Origin: Escherichia coli
Lineage (GTDB): Bacteria > Pseudomonadota > Gammaproteobacteria > Enterobacterales > Enterobacteriaceae
Reading direction: 5' to 3' (one strand)
DNA: 64,000 bases
Assembly: GCF_041886205.1 (NCBI RefSeq)
Contig: NZ_CP169030.1
A program made the translations under genes and the position numbers. The notes under the pieces are model-generated. The model did no database searches. It was given only the letters and a program-made list of their open reading frames with translations, and had not been told where the DNA came from. Positions within the stretch are counted from its first letter, which is position 1; every line of letters starts with the position of its first letter. Positions 1 to 10,761 of this stretch are shown piece by piece.

Positions 1-978
1 GTGGATAAGTCGTCCGGTGAGCTGGTGACACTGACACCAAACAATAACAACACCGTACAACCTGTGGCGCTGATGCGTCTGGGCGTCTTTGTACCGACCC
101 TTAAGTCACTGAAGAACAGTAAAAAAAATACACTGTCACGCACCGATGCCACGGAAGAACTGACGCGTCTTTCCCTGGCCCGTGCAGAAGGATTTGATAA
201 GGTTGAGATCACCGGCCCCCGGCTGGATATGGATAACGATTTCAAGACCTGGGTGGGGATCATTCATTCCTTTGCCCGCCATAACGTGACTGGTGACAAA
301 GTTGAACTGCCTTTTGTCGAGTTTGCAAAACTGTGTGGTATACCCTCAAGCCAGTCATCACGCAGGCTGCGTGAGCGCATCAGCCCTTCCCTGAAACGCA
401 TTGCCGGTACCGTGATCTCCTTTTCCCGCACCGATGAGAAGCACACCCGGGAATACATCACCCATCTGGTACAGTCAGCCTACTACGATACTGAACGGGA
501 TATTGTTCAGTTACAGGCTGATCCCCGACTTTTTGAACTGTACCAGTTTGACAGAAAGGTCCTTCTTCAGCTTAAGGCGATTAATGCCCTGAAGCGACGG
601 GAGTCCGCCCAGGCACTTTACACCTTTATAGAGAGCCTGCCCCGGGATCCGGCACCGATATCGCTGGCGCGGCTGCGTGCCCGCCTCAATCTGAAGTCTC
701 CTGTATTTTCCCAGAACCAGACGGTCAGACGGGCAATGGAGCAGTTGCGAGAGATTGGATATCTTGATTACACGGAGATCCAGCGGGGGCGGACAAAATT
801 CTTCTGTATTCACTACCGGCGTCCCCGGTTAAAAGCGCCGAATGATGAGAGTAAGGAAAATCCGTTGCCACCTTCACCTGCGGAAAAAGTCAGTCCGGAG
901 ATGGCGGAGAAACTTGCCCTGCTTGAAAAACTGGGTATCACGCTGGATGACCTGGAAAAACTCTTCAAATCCCGCTGA
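1..978 (+). CDS. repA: RepFIB-type plasmid replication initiator RepA
   Basis: 325-aa ORF with GTG start exactly at the window edge; translation matches my recollection of IncFIB RepA ([17 protein letters not shown]...); followed by a repeat-rich non-coding region. Confidence 0.85.
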   Translation: MDKSSGELVTLTPNNNNTVQPVALMRLGVFVPTLKSLKNSKKNTLSRTDATEELTRLSLARAEGFDKVEITGPRLDMDNDFKTWVGIIHSFARHNVTGDKVELPFVEFAKLCGIPSSQSSRRLRERISPSLKRIAGTVISFSRTDEKHTREYITHLVQSAYYDTERDIVQLQADPRLFELYQFDRKVLLQLKAINALKRRESAQALYTFIESLPRDPAPISLARLRARLNLKSPVFSQNQTVRRAMEQLREIGYLDYTEIQRGRTKFFCIHYRRPRLKAPNDESKENPLPPSPAEKVSPEMAEKLALLEKLGITLDDLEKLFKSR

Positions 979-989
979 ACATAAACTGT

Positions 990-1250
990 AATCAGTGAAG
1001 AGTGCTCCTTTACTGACTACAACTTATATTATCAGGTGCAGTGAGTGGTCTGCTCACTGCAGTTTATATTCAGTTTCCTGCAGTGCTGCCTGTGGCTGAG
1101 CTGCCATCTGCCTGTCCCTTACGTGAGTCACCCCGTAACCTGATGCTGAGGCATTGCTCCCTTCATAAAACATGGTTTACTCACTACAGCTTATCTACCT
1201 GCTCCAGCTTATGTTATGTCTGTTCTGCTGACCACTGCTTATATAAGGAA
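990..1250. repeat. repA-downstream repeat region (putative iterons); contains palindrome GCAGTGAG..CTCACTGC and reiterated CTTAT(A/G)T-containing motifs
   Basis: Read directly; exact iteron units not resolved by eye. Confidence 0.3.
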
Positions 1251-1256
1251 GTGCCG

Positions 1257-1997
1257 TTACTTCAGGGGAGGCAGTGTACGCAGGATCTCCGCAGCATCCC
1301 GCCCGTCACCTGTGAAAGGCACTGCCAGCGTGGCAGCCATATCCAGCGCAAACACTCTGGTATAAACCTCCATCGAACGTGGATCCCTGTGACCAGCCAG
1401 TGCCTGGATGACTTTCCGGGGCTGGCGGTGATAGAGCATGTGCATGATATAGCTGTGCCGGAAGGTATGTGGTGTGACCGGAATCGAAAAGTGCACCCCG
1501 TCAGCTTCGGCCCGCTTCACTGCCTGTTTCAGCCAGTTCCGCATCGTTTCATCCGTCACAGCCCATAACGGTGCACGGCGCCGGGGCCGGGTGGTGATCA
1601 TCCAGCTCTCCATCTGCCTGACATAGCTTATATCCGTCAGCGGGACCAGGCGGACTTCATCTTTTGGAGGGCGCCCGCGTCGCGCACGCACTTTTTCGGA
1701 CAGGATCCGCACAAACGGTCTTACACCATCCAGATCAAATGATTCCGGTGTCAGCATCCGGGCTTCGCCAATACGCATTCCGGTATTCCAGAGGGTGGCG
1801 AACAGCATATGGTGACGCTGATCCGGCATATAGAAAAGAAGGGCACTCACTTCCGGGGCCAGCAGGTAGGCCGGTGTGGCCCCCGTGGAAGTGGCCATTC
1901 TTCTCAGGGAGAGCGCTGTTGCAAAATCCACCCCCGGCGCAATGGGTAACAGGGAGACGCGTTCTGGTGAATTCTGCAGGGGAATGACATTGTTCAT
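1257..1997 (-). CDS. tyrosine site-specific recombinase (phage integrase family)
   Basis: 246 aa; C-terminal HTFRHSY...[15 protein letters not shown] fits the R-H-R-Y catalytic region of tyrosine recombinases. Confidence 0.8.
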   Translation of the reverse strand: MNNVIPLQNSPERVSLLPIAPGVDFATALSLRRMATSTGATPAYLLAPEVSALLFYMPDQRHHMLFATLWNTGMRIGEARMLTPESFDLDGVRPFVRILSEKVRARRGRPPKDEVRLVPLTDISYVRQMESWMITTRPRRRAPLWAVTDETMRNWLKQAVKRAEADGVHFSIPVTPHTFRHSYIMHMLYHRQPRKVIQALAGHRDPRSMEVYTRVFALDMAATLAVPFTGDGRDAAEILRTLPPLK

Positions 1998-2752
1998 GAG
2001 TTATTTTTCACGTAGCACACGCACTGTTTATGGATACAGGTATTCTGACCTGAACGCCCGGATCCTTCCACGACAATAAATCGCAGCGCGCGGATCCTTT
2101 TGTTTGCTTATCACGCATTATTGCGGGTAAAACCAAATACGTAAAGGTACGTTTTGCAGCAGGGATCCCGTATTAAGCCAGTCGTGGCGCGGGCTGAGGG
2201 CTGGTTTGCCGTTTTTGGGAGAATTGGGGTAATGCCAGGATGAATGGGATCAGAGAAAACAGAGAAAGGGAACAGAAAGGGAGAAGGTGCACCACGTGTA
2301 TTCTGGCCCGGGACGTCACCGCCCCCTGACAGTTTGACTTTACACAGGAAGGTTGCAGACTCAGCATAATGACTGATTTATATGCAATCCTGCCCATGAT
2401 TAATATAAATCATAATAATGATTATGCAGAAAATCACTTTCGATAAGATGTATATAATTACTACATTTCCATATAGCATTTTCCGCATAAAATAAGAAAA
2501 TATATGTAACTAAAATGTATCAAGTCTGAGATATGATATTATATTAGTGCCTTATTCATTGCCTGATATCCTCTTTCCGTAACCTGCATGTACATGAATC
2601 TTACTCATGATTGCCACTCTCTTATTTATCCTAAGTCCTGTCCCCTCTGAACTGGCGTTTCCTGCGCTCAACTGATATCAAAAGAGGGTTAGCAGGCCCT
2701 GACATCAAAGCACTGATGTTATTTAATGTCGGGAGTAATATTTTATTTAATA

Positions 2753-4252
2753 TCAGTTAGTGTCTCCGGTACCACTTCCCTGACACGTTATATCTTCAGA
2801 TTTCCCCGGAAACAGGAGGTGACGAACAACAGCCTCATCCACACATAAATTAGAGCCAGCTAGCGCCAGCGTATGCCCGTCACCGTTAATAGTCAGTAAC
2901 GGAGCTGAAAATTTATCTGCCATTTTACGGGCATTTATCCAGGGAGTTGTCGGATCATATTTGTGTGCCACAAACAGTAAACCGGATGGTAAAACAGTAT
3001 TCTTCAGGCGTGTCTGTTGCAGATCGCGATGAATTGGCCATAATTCACAAAATTCAGGTAAATCGGACTGTTCCCTCTCAAAATTAACGGCCGGAAATGC
3101 GTCAGCAAGAGCTTTTTTTCGCGATTTTCGTTGTTCCTGTGATAATTGTTCATCACTCTGATCAACACATAATATTACACCCAGAGCATCACTGACTTTT
3201 TCCGATGCTATGGAAGAATTAAGTGCAGTTTCAATTTCATTGCTGACAATACCCTGAGAGAACTGACGTACGGCCGTTGCAAGTGTTGGCCATGATGAGC
3301 GCCATAACAGAAGCTCTGTCGTTAATGATATGAGATCATCTGAAGATATACTTTCCCCCCTGCTGTCTGTTAAAGGAGAATTATGTAATTTTAATAAAAG
3401 CTGATGGAACTGATGTATTGCCTGATTCCTGTCTGAAGAAAGTGGACAACTTTTTGTCCTGGCACACCATGCAGCAAAACGATCAAACGTTTCCTGATAA
3501 CTGTGGGCCTGCCTGAGTTTCCATGAAAAATTATCATTTAAATCATCAATATCAACGACACCGTCAAAAACTATAGATCTGATACTGGATGGAAAGCGTT
3601 CGGCATATAAGGCTGCAATCTGTGTACCGTATGAATATGCTACAGCTGTCAGTTGTTTATCTCCCAGAGCTTGTCTGATGCGTTCAATATCATATACAGC
3701 CTCATGAGATCCAATATGGCGAATGACTTCAGCTCCTGTATTATGGATACAGGCATTAATTTTCTGTAAAATTAGTTGCTTTTCACTTACATTCACCAAT
3801 CTTTCTTGATTGGATTGCTGGCAGTTTATGGCAGGAAAGGACTGACCGACACCTCGTGGATCAAAACCGATAATATCCCATGATTCCCGAAGATTTGTGA
3901 CCGGCCAGTCAAAATTGATATAAGGATTAATTCCGGGTAATCCAGGTCCGCCACTTATTATAATAACACTCCCTTTACGTTTACTTTTTGCCGGCAACTT
4001 TGTCATCGCCAGTCTGACAAGTGGTATATTTTCATCTGACACATCCTCACCTGTGTCGGTATATTTTAGCGGTACAGATAGATATCCGCATAACAACTCA
4101 GGTGAAGAGCTTTCTTTACCAAACCAGTCACTGTATGGGCTGGTCATACAGGATTGCCACTCGATCTGTCTGGCAGACACAGTTCCGCAAAGAAAAACAG
4201 AAAAGATAAAGAATACTAAAGTCCTTCTTAAAGGCTTCATTATCACACGCAT
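2753..4252 (-). CDS. secreted alpha/beta-hydrolase-fold peptidase (S33 prolyl/tripeptidyl aminopeptidase-like)
   Basis: 499 aa; N-terminal signal peptide (MKPLRRTLVFFIFSVFLCGTVSA); GGPG oxyanion-like motif and AYSYGT nucleophile-elbow-like motif; start codon uncertain (M1 or M5). Confidence 0.55.
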   Translation of the reverse strand: MRVIMKPLRRTLVFFIFSVFLCGTVSARQIEWQSCMTSPYSDWFGKESSSPELLCGYLSVPLKYTDTGEDVSDENIPLVRLAMTKLPAKSKRKGSVIIISGGPGLPGINPYINFDWPVTNLRESWDIIGFDPRGVGQSFPAINCQQSNQERLVNVSEKQLILQKINACIHNTGAEVIRHIGSHEAVYDIERIRQALGDKQLTAVAYSYGTQIAALYAERFPSSIRSIVFDGVVDIDDLNDNFSWKLRQAHSYQETFDRFAAWCARTKSCPLSSDRNQAIHQFHQLLLKLHNSPLTDSRGESISSDDLISLTTELLLWRSSWPTLATAVRQFSQGIVSNEIETALNSSIASEKVSDALGVILCVDQSDEQLSQEQRKSRKKALADAFPAVNFEREQSDLPEFCELWPIHRDLQQTRLKNTVLPSGLLFVAHKYDPTTPWINARKMADKFSAPLLTINGDGHTLALAGSNLCVDEAVVRHLLFPGKSEDITCQGSGTGDTN

Positions 4253-4344
4253 TGCATCTCCTGCATTGGTAAATTATTACCCTGACCAACAGACAGAATC
4301 CCCGGCGGTATAATTCTCACCGGGGATGATGACAGTTAAAGTTG

Positions 4345-5292
4345 TTAAAACGTGTACTTCAGACCGGCCGTCGTAATGAAGTTGTAATTTTCAATTCCAG
4401 CCCCGTTATTATTATGCTCCGAAGTATTATCACTACGGTCGTAAAGAGATGTATCCCCTTTTTTATTTGTGAGACGACTCCATACACCCTCGATGTACAC
4501 TTTTGCCTCTGGGGTAATATAGTAACCGGCATTAACTGCAACAGAATAGTAATTCTGGTTTATTACTTTGCTTCGGAATGTAGTTTGTCTTACATAATGC
4601 TCATCATTATCAGATCCCCTGACCCACCCGCTGTATTTAAATGCACCACCAAACTCAAAATTATCGTAACGGTAGTTTCCTGTCAGACCGACATAAGGAA
4701 TTTTAAAATGTTGTTTATAACCAATCACTTTTATTTTATCAGGTAACGCTCCCGTTTCATTCCGGAAACCACCATTCTCACTATAAATATAAGTTCCTCC
4801 TGTAGCATTAAAACTGTAACGGCTTTCCTGATAACCTGCCATAATAGCAAGGCGATAATCAGATTCTTTTAAAAACCAGCCTTTAACGTTCAAATCAAAT
4901 TCGTTGGCATAATTAAGACGTGTATCAGGATGCCTGCTTTCATCTGTCCATGTTCCGGGAGTCCCGGAATCCATCCAGTCCTGATCAACCATATTCCCCC
5001 CCCGACTATTGAGAGTGGTCCAGCCAGCTGCACCAACAGATAACCATGGATTCAGCTCCCAGTTAACGGCGCCTTTAAGAATGGCGGCGTTACTGTATTT
5101 CCAGTCCAGTTGGCTGACTTTACGTCCACCTTCTTCAGGCTCATAAACCCGTTCTTTTGTTTTGCCACTCAGTGTACCTAAATTAATCTCTGTACTTATT
5201 TTCTCCGGGCCGAAGAAATCAGAAGCAGAAGCTTCCTGAGAACTGAATACCACAGGTGCTGCAAGCATAATTGCCAGAAGCTTAGTTTGCAT
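4345..5292 (-). CDS. ompT: omptin-family outer-membrane protease (plasmid OmpT-like)
   Basis: 315 aa; clearly homologous but not identical to E. coli OmpT by recall (shared DQDWMDS, TWTDESRHPDT and C-terminal GLKYTF). Confidence 0.85.
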   Translation of the reverse strand: MQTKLLAIMLAAPVVFSSQEASASDFFGPEKISTEINLGTLSGKTKERVYEPEEGGRKVSQLDWKYSNAAILKGAVNWELNPWLSVGAAGWTTLNSRGGNMVDQDWMDSGTPGTWTDESRHPDTRLNYANEFDLNVKGWFLKESDYRLAIMAGYQESRYSFNATGGTYIYSENGGFRNETGALPDKIKVIGYKQHFKIPYVGLTGNYRYDNFEFGGAFKYSGWVRGSDNDEHYVRQTTFRSKVINQNYYSVAVNAGYYITPEAKVYIEGVWSRLTNKKGDTSLYDRSDNTSEHNNNGAGIENYNFITTAGLKYTF

Positions 5293-5940
5293 AACAATGA
5301 CTCCCTTCTGTCACTTCTACATATGTATATGATTCTTTTGATGTACACCGGTAAGTCAATTATCAGTACTTAATTTGTTTAGCTTTTGTTTAACCTAATA
5401 GTTTGTTTTTGTGAGGTATATCAATATATCTAAATGATATGCGGTAATGGTGTGTATGTCATCTGAACATTCTTTATGGATAGTCTGTATAGACAGAACT
5501 TAATGTTAACATGGCTATTTGTTTATATAGATAGTCATTTTTATCTTAATACATCTGGCACATTATCTATTTGATATACTGATATGGTTCTGTAATGAGG
5601 TAAGAGTTTAGCTACTAAATGGAGGGCCTGACGCAACTACAGGATATGAGGTGAAAATATCGTCCTGATATGGCATAGTGAAATATTATAGTCGCTTTCT
5701 TAACTTATCCGGGCCTGGATAAAGTCCTCAGTTTTTTCTGATGGATTGTTGGATTTTTTAAGATTTTTTTATCTTTTTACTTCAAAAAAGATCTTGTAAT
5801 TATTGCAGTAAGTTGCATTGATAATGATTTTGCTATTGTATACAAAAAAACAGACCTCATAGCATAGCACTTTTAAATTTGTATATTACAATATACATAA
5901 AAGTCATGTCAATTATCACTTAAGGTTTGTTAAAAATCAT

Positions 5941-8900
5941 ATGAGCCATAAATTTTATTATGTTATCTCTTTCCTTCTCTCTCTGGCATCATCACCTTCG
6001 ATAGGTGATGAAATGAATTGCCAACGTTATTTTTGTTTTGTTAATGGCATTGTTGAAATAAGGACTGCTCCCGAAGAATATCAAAACAAGCCAGTTCTGG
6101 TTGGTTCACAAAGTGACGGGCTATTAATTATTGATAATCATGCGGATATTGAGGATGGTATATTTTCCACACTTCATATTGGTAATGGATATAATGGTGC
6201 TGTTGATGTTATTAATGGTGCTGCTTTACATATGGATAATCGTTCAGGAAGCGCACCTCTTATTGTAGGTGCATTCGGTAATGATATTGCAGGAAAACTT
6301 AATATTTCTGGCAGAAACAGTATAGTATCATATAGAGATACGCCCAGCAGTTCTGGACATAACGAATCTATTTATGTCGGTTTTGGGCTTGGTGCAACAG
6401 GATGGATTAATATTTTTAATGGTGGAGTATTTGAAGTTTTAAATAGTACTAATATATATGTAGGTTCAGATACTCCTGGTGGGGGAGATGGCAGTATCGT
6501 GATTGATGGCAGCAACAGCAAGATGACCGCAGATTTTTCTGAGGCATATGTCGGGCTTTATGGTAATGGTGATATTTCCTTAAAAAATGGAGGTCAGTTA
6601 TCTGCCAGTAACTTATATATAGGAGGTAATGGTAGAGCCATTGTTAATATAAGCGGTACTGATTCCAGATTAATTGCAAATATGATAACCATATCAGGAA
6701 GTTCTGGTGCGCCGGGCATTTACATAGCAGATCAAGGAATTCTTAATGTAGATAACTACATCAATATAACTACGGCAAATGACACAAAAGGGAAATTATT
6801 CATCAATAGCGACATGCCTGGAACTATTGAATCTAAAGGGATTCTTTTTGGTGTTGGGAAGGCAGAGTTGATTTTTAAACATAACTCTGACAATTATGCT
6901 TTTTCATCACCTTTAATTTCTAAAAACACAGGTAATGGTATAGTTAATGCAGAGAGTGGCGAGACGCATCTCACGGGAGATAATACCGATTATAGTGGTT
7001 TGTTGAATATTTTACCCACGGCAAGTATTGATATCAGTAGTCAAAAAAATATCGGCAAGTCAGTAATTGTTAATAATGGGGTGCTGCAAATAACCAGCCA
7101 GGATGACTGGACATTCAATAATAATATGACTGGTAACGGTTATCTTAATGTTCATACTGGTGGACATAATTTTGCTTTCCAGAATTCAACGAATACACAG
7201 GAATTTACAGGTACGCTGGCATTGTCTGATACACTCTTTGACTTGAGTGACGACAATACCACTGCACTAACTTCAGCACTAGTGCTTGCTGGGGTCGGGA
7301 GTGTGATAACTGCAGGTACTGGAACTCAGGTTATTAACGGATTTTCATTTGACGGTGGAGCCGTAAATTTCGGTGCCGTAACTCAGGGAGCTCAGCAAAC
7401 TGAATCCCAGATTCAGGTTACTGACAATCTGTATATCAATGGAAATGGTGCTGTACGGGTTTCAACACCCACAGATGTGAATGGTATTCCACAGGTCATT
7501 AATTCTTCACTTTCATTGCTGGAACAGGATGACAGTAATGCCACCATTAAACTTGTAGATGCAAGTTCCGCAGTTGTAAAGGGGAATGGTGGAAACCTTC
7601 AACTGCAGGATGCCTCCGGGCAAGTAATATCCTCAGGTAAGCAAAGGAATATAGTTCAACAGGGAAAAAATGTTGCTAAGGGGGTATACGATTATCGTCT
7701 GACATCAGGGCCCCATAATGATGGACTGTATATAGGTTATGCTCTGACTCAGCTTGATTTGCTAGCCTCTGGTGTTGATGCACTCGTGCTTGATGCTGCA
7801 GGTACAACTGGAAATGCAGCAGACATGAGTGCCCGTATCACAGGTGCCGGAGACCTGGCTTTCAACAGTCAGAAAGGAGAAACCGTTTCTCTGTCGAATC
7901 AGGATAATGATTACACAGGAGTTACAGCTATCCGCGGTGGTAATGTCCTCATGAACAGCAACAGTGTTCTGGGACAGACCAGCGAGATTCGTCTGGCTAC
8001 TGATACCCGGCTGGACATGAACGGTCATAGCCAGACTGTTGGTAAGCTTAATGGTGCTGCAGGTTCTGTACTGAACATCAATGGCGGGAATTTGACCCTG
8101 ACTGATGATGGCGTATCTGCCGGTACTCTGACTGGAGGTGGCTTCCTGAATATCAGCGGCGGCGTCCTCGATATTACAGGAGGCAACCACACTTTTGCTG
8201 TCAGCACCATAATAGCAAAAGATGCAACTGTCCGAATGAACGATGTTTCCGGACTGGGTACTGGTAACATCAGTAACGCTGGGACATTATCTCTTACTCA
8301 TGCCTCAGGCTTGCTAAGTAATAATCTGAGTGGTTCTGGTACAGTATCTTTGATCAATAGTGATACCCAGATTTCAGGAAATAACAGTAACTACTCAGGG
8401 CTGTTTGTAGTAGATACCAGCTCTCAGTTGACTGCCACTGGAGCGCAGAATCTTGGGATTGCTTCCGTGAGTAACCGTGGAATCTTGCAGCTGAACAACA
8501 CAACAGACTGGCAACTTATAAATAATGTTACTGGAACCGGTAATGTCCGTAAAACCGGTTCCGGTTCACTGACTGTCCGAAGCAATGCTGCCTGGAGCGG
8601 ACAGACAGATATTGATGACGGCTCTCTGATTCTTGGGCAATCTGATGCACCTGTCATGCTCGCCAGTAGCCTGGTCAATATTGCAAAGAACGGTAAACTT
8701 ACCGGATTTGGTGGCGTAGTAGGGAACGTAACCAATAGTGGAAGCCTTGACCTGCGATCGGCGGCTCCGGGAAATATTCTGACGATTGGAGGTAACTACA
8801 CCGGTAATAATGGCACGCTGCTCATTAACACAGTGCTGGATGATAGCTCTTCTGCAACCGACAAACTGGTAATTAAAGGCGATGCGTCCGGTAAGACCCG

Positions 8901-10128
8901 AGTGGCTGTTACGAATGTTGGTGGTTCAGGCGCTAATACGCTGAATAGTATTGAAGTTATTCATGTTGATGGTAATGCAGCTAACGCTGAATTTATTCAG
9001 GCCGGACGTATAGCGGCCGGCGCTTATGACTATACTCTTGGACGTGGGCCGGGAAGCAACTATGGAAACTGGTATCTGAGCAGTAGTAAAAATACTCCAG
9101 AACCAAGGCCTGATCCTGAACCTACTCCGGAAGGGCATGATAACAACCTGCGTCCGGAGGCTGGCACATACACCACAAACCTCGTTGCTGCGAACACCAT
9201 GTTTGTGACCCGCCTTCATGAACGTCTGGGGCAGACGCAATACGTCGATGCAATTACCGGAGAACCGAAAGCAACCAGTATGTGGATGCGCCATGAAGGA
9301 GGACATAACCGCTGGCGCGACGGTTCTGGTCAACTGAAAACTCAAAGTAATCGTTATGTGATTCAACTGGGTGGTGATATCGCACAATGGGATTGGGGTG
9401 GAACTAACCGCTGGCATCTGGGGGTTATGGCTGGTTACGGTAACAACCATAGCAGTACAGGTGCAGTACGCACCGGATACCATTCAAAAGGCAGCGTAAA
9501 TGGTTACAGTACCGGGCTGTATGCTACCTGGTATGCTGATGATGAGACTCATAACGGAGCTTATCTGGATACCTGGGCTCAGTACGGCTGGTTCGATAAC
9601 CATGTGAAAGGTGACGGACTGCCGGGTGAATCCTGGAAATCAAAAGGACTTACCGCCTCACTGGAAACAGGTTATGCCTGGAAAATCGGGGAATTCAGCA
9701 GCAACTATGGCAATCTGAACGAATGGTATGTTCAGCCTCAGGCCCAGCTTGTCTGGATGGGGGTTAAAGCTGATGAACTCTATGAAAGTAACGGTACTCT
9801 TATTGAAAGCACCGGAGACGGTAATGTCCATACCCGTCTGGGCGTGAAAACCTGGATTAAAAGGCTCAATAAAATGGATGATGGTAAATCACGTGAGTTC
9901 AGCCCATTTGTGGAGGTGAACTGGTTGCATAATACCCGTGATTTTGGGGTTCGTATGAACGGCGAACCGGTGTATCAGGATGGTACCCGTAATATCGGAG
10001 AGGTCAAAACTGGTGTGGAAGGTCAAATAAATCCCCATCTGAACCTGTGGGGGAATGTGAGAGTTCAAGTTGGTGATAAAGGGTATAACGACACCTCAGC
10101 CATGCTGGGTGTGAAGTATACATTCTGA
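5941..10128 (+). CDS. AIDA-type (type Va) autotransporter, 1395 aa
   Basis: Long Gly/Asn/Thr-rich beta-helix-like passenger; C-terminal region with autotransporter beta-barrel hallmarks ending in KYTF; AT-rich. Confidence 0.75.
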   Translation: MSHKFYYVISFLLSLASSPSIGDEMNCQRYFCFVNGIVEIRTAPEEYQNKPVLVGSQSDGLLIIDNHADIEDGIFSTLHIGNGYNGAVDVINGAALHMDNRSGSAPLIVGAFGNDIAGKLNISGRNSIVSYRDTPSSSGHNESIYVGFGLGATGWINIFNGGVFEVLNSTNIYVGSDTPGGGDGSIVIDGSNSKMTADFSEAYVGLYGNGDISLKNGGQLSASNLYIGGNGRAIVNISGTDSRLIANMITISGSSGAPGIYIADQGILNVDNYINITTANDTKGKLFINSDMPGTIESKGILFGVGKAELIFKHNSDNYAFSSPLISKNTGNGIVNAESGETHLTGDNTDYSGLLNILPTASIDISSQKNIGKSVIVNNGVLQITSQDDWTFNNNMTGNGYLNVHTGGHNFAFQNSTNTQEFTGTLALSDTLFDLSDDNTTALTSALVLAGVGSVITAGTGTQVINGFSFDGGAVNFGAVTQGAQQTESQIQVTDNLYINGNGAVRVSTPTDVNGIPQVINSSLSLLEQDDSNATIKLVDASSAVVKGNGGNLQLQDASGQVISSGKQRNIVQQGKNVAKGVYDYRLTSGPHNDGLYIGYALTQLDLLASGVDALVLDAAGTTGNAADMSARITGAGDLAFNSQKGETVSLSNQDNDYTGVTAIRGGNVLMNSNSVLGQTSEIRLATDTRLDMNGHSQTVGKLNGAAGSVLNINGGNLTLTDDGVSAGTLTGGGFLNISGGVLDITGGNHTFAVSTIIAKDATVRMNDVSGLGTGNISNAGTLSLTHASGLLSNNLSGSGTVSLINSDTQISGNNSNYSGLFVVDTSSQLTATGAQNLGIASVSNRGILQLNNTTDWQLINNVTGTGNVRKTGSGSLTVRSNAAWSGQTDIDDGSLILGQSDAPVMLASSLVNIAKNGKLTGFGGVVGNVTNSGSLDLRSAAPGNILTIGGNYTGNNGTLLINTVLDDSSSATDKLVIKGDASGKTRVAVTNVGGSGANTLNSIEVIHVDGNAANAEFIQAGRIAAGAYDYTLGRGPGSNYGNWYLSSSKNTPEPRPDPEPTPEGHDNNLRPEAGTYTTNLVAANTMFVTRLHERLGQTQYVDAITGEPKATSMWMRHEGGHNRWRDGSGQLKTQSNRYVIQLGGDIAQWDWGGTNRWHLGVMAGYGNNHSSTGAVRTGYHSKGSVNGYSTGLYATWYADDETHNGAYLDTWAQYGWFDNHVKGDGLPGESWKSKGLTASLETGYAWKIGEFSSNYGNLNEWYVQPQAQLVWMGVKADELYESNGTLIESTGDGNVHTRLGVKTWIKRLNKMDDGKSREFSPFVEVNWLHNTRDFGVRMNGEPVYQDGTRNIGEVKTGVEGQINPHLNLWGNVRVQVGDKGYNDTSAMLGVKYTF

Positions 10129-10761
10129 CTATGGTTTTCTGTAAATTCAAAATATACTTAGTTTATTTTGAGTCAAGTTTAATCATAAATTAAATGGCTG
10201 ATAATTTCATACTAATTACTGACAAAACAGAATTAAGAATAACAACAAGAAGTAAATACAAATAAAATAGCATAAATATAATTATTTTTATCCATTCATG
10301 TCATCTGTAATATACATAAAGATATTAATGTGTTTAATCTGAATCAGGTGCTCTCAGAATATCAATTTATTATATATGGTAACTATCTGTTCAGTAAATA
10401 ACATACTCATCTTTAAGTTGATGATGTAGTAAGAAACACCACTGCGCAACTTGTTCTGGCTATTATTGTTAACATTGTTTATGGATAGACATGCTTTGGT
10501 ATTTTGAATATAAAGAAAAATAAGCAATTTCACAAACAAATTCAGATAAGTAGTCATAGCAAAAGAGAGCCCCTCTTTGGGAGTTTGCACGAAAGTTAAC
10601 ATTTTTTTTGTCATAAAATACATAGCATTACGATGGCGCTTGATGATTTGTGCTCAAACTGAAAAGAATATTCTGATTTTTCGTGATGTTGAGGGTATTC
10701 TGTAAAAAAACGTTATCTATTTCCTCAGTTTTAATTTTGTTTTATTTTTACTTTATCTATT

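Noticed and set aside
1041-1997. Plus-strand ORFs 1041-1568 and 1664-1987 overlapping the recombinase gene
   Set aside because: Antisense to a well-supported tyrosine recombinase and running through the repeat region; judged spurious
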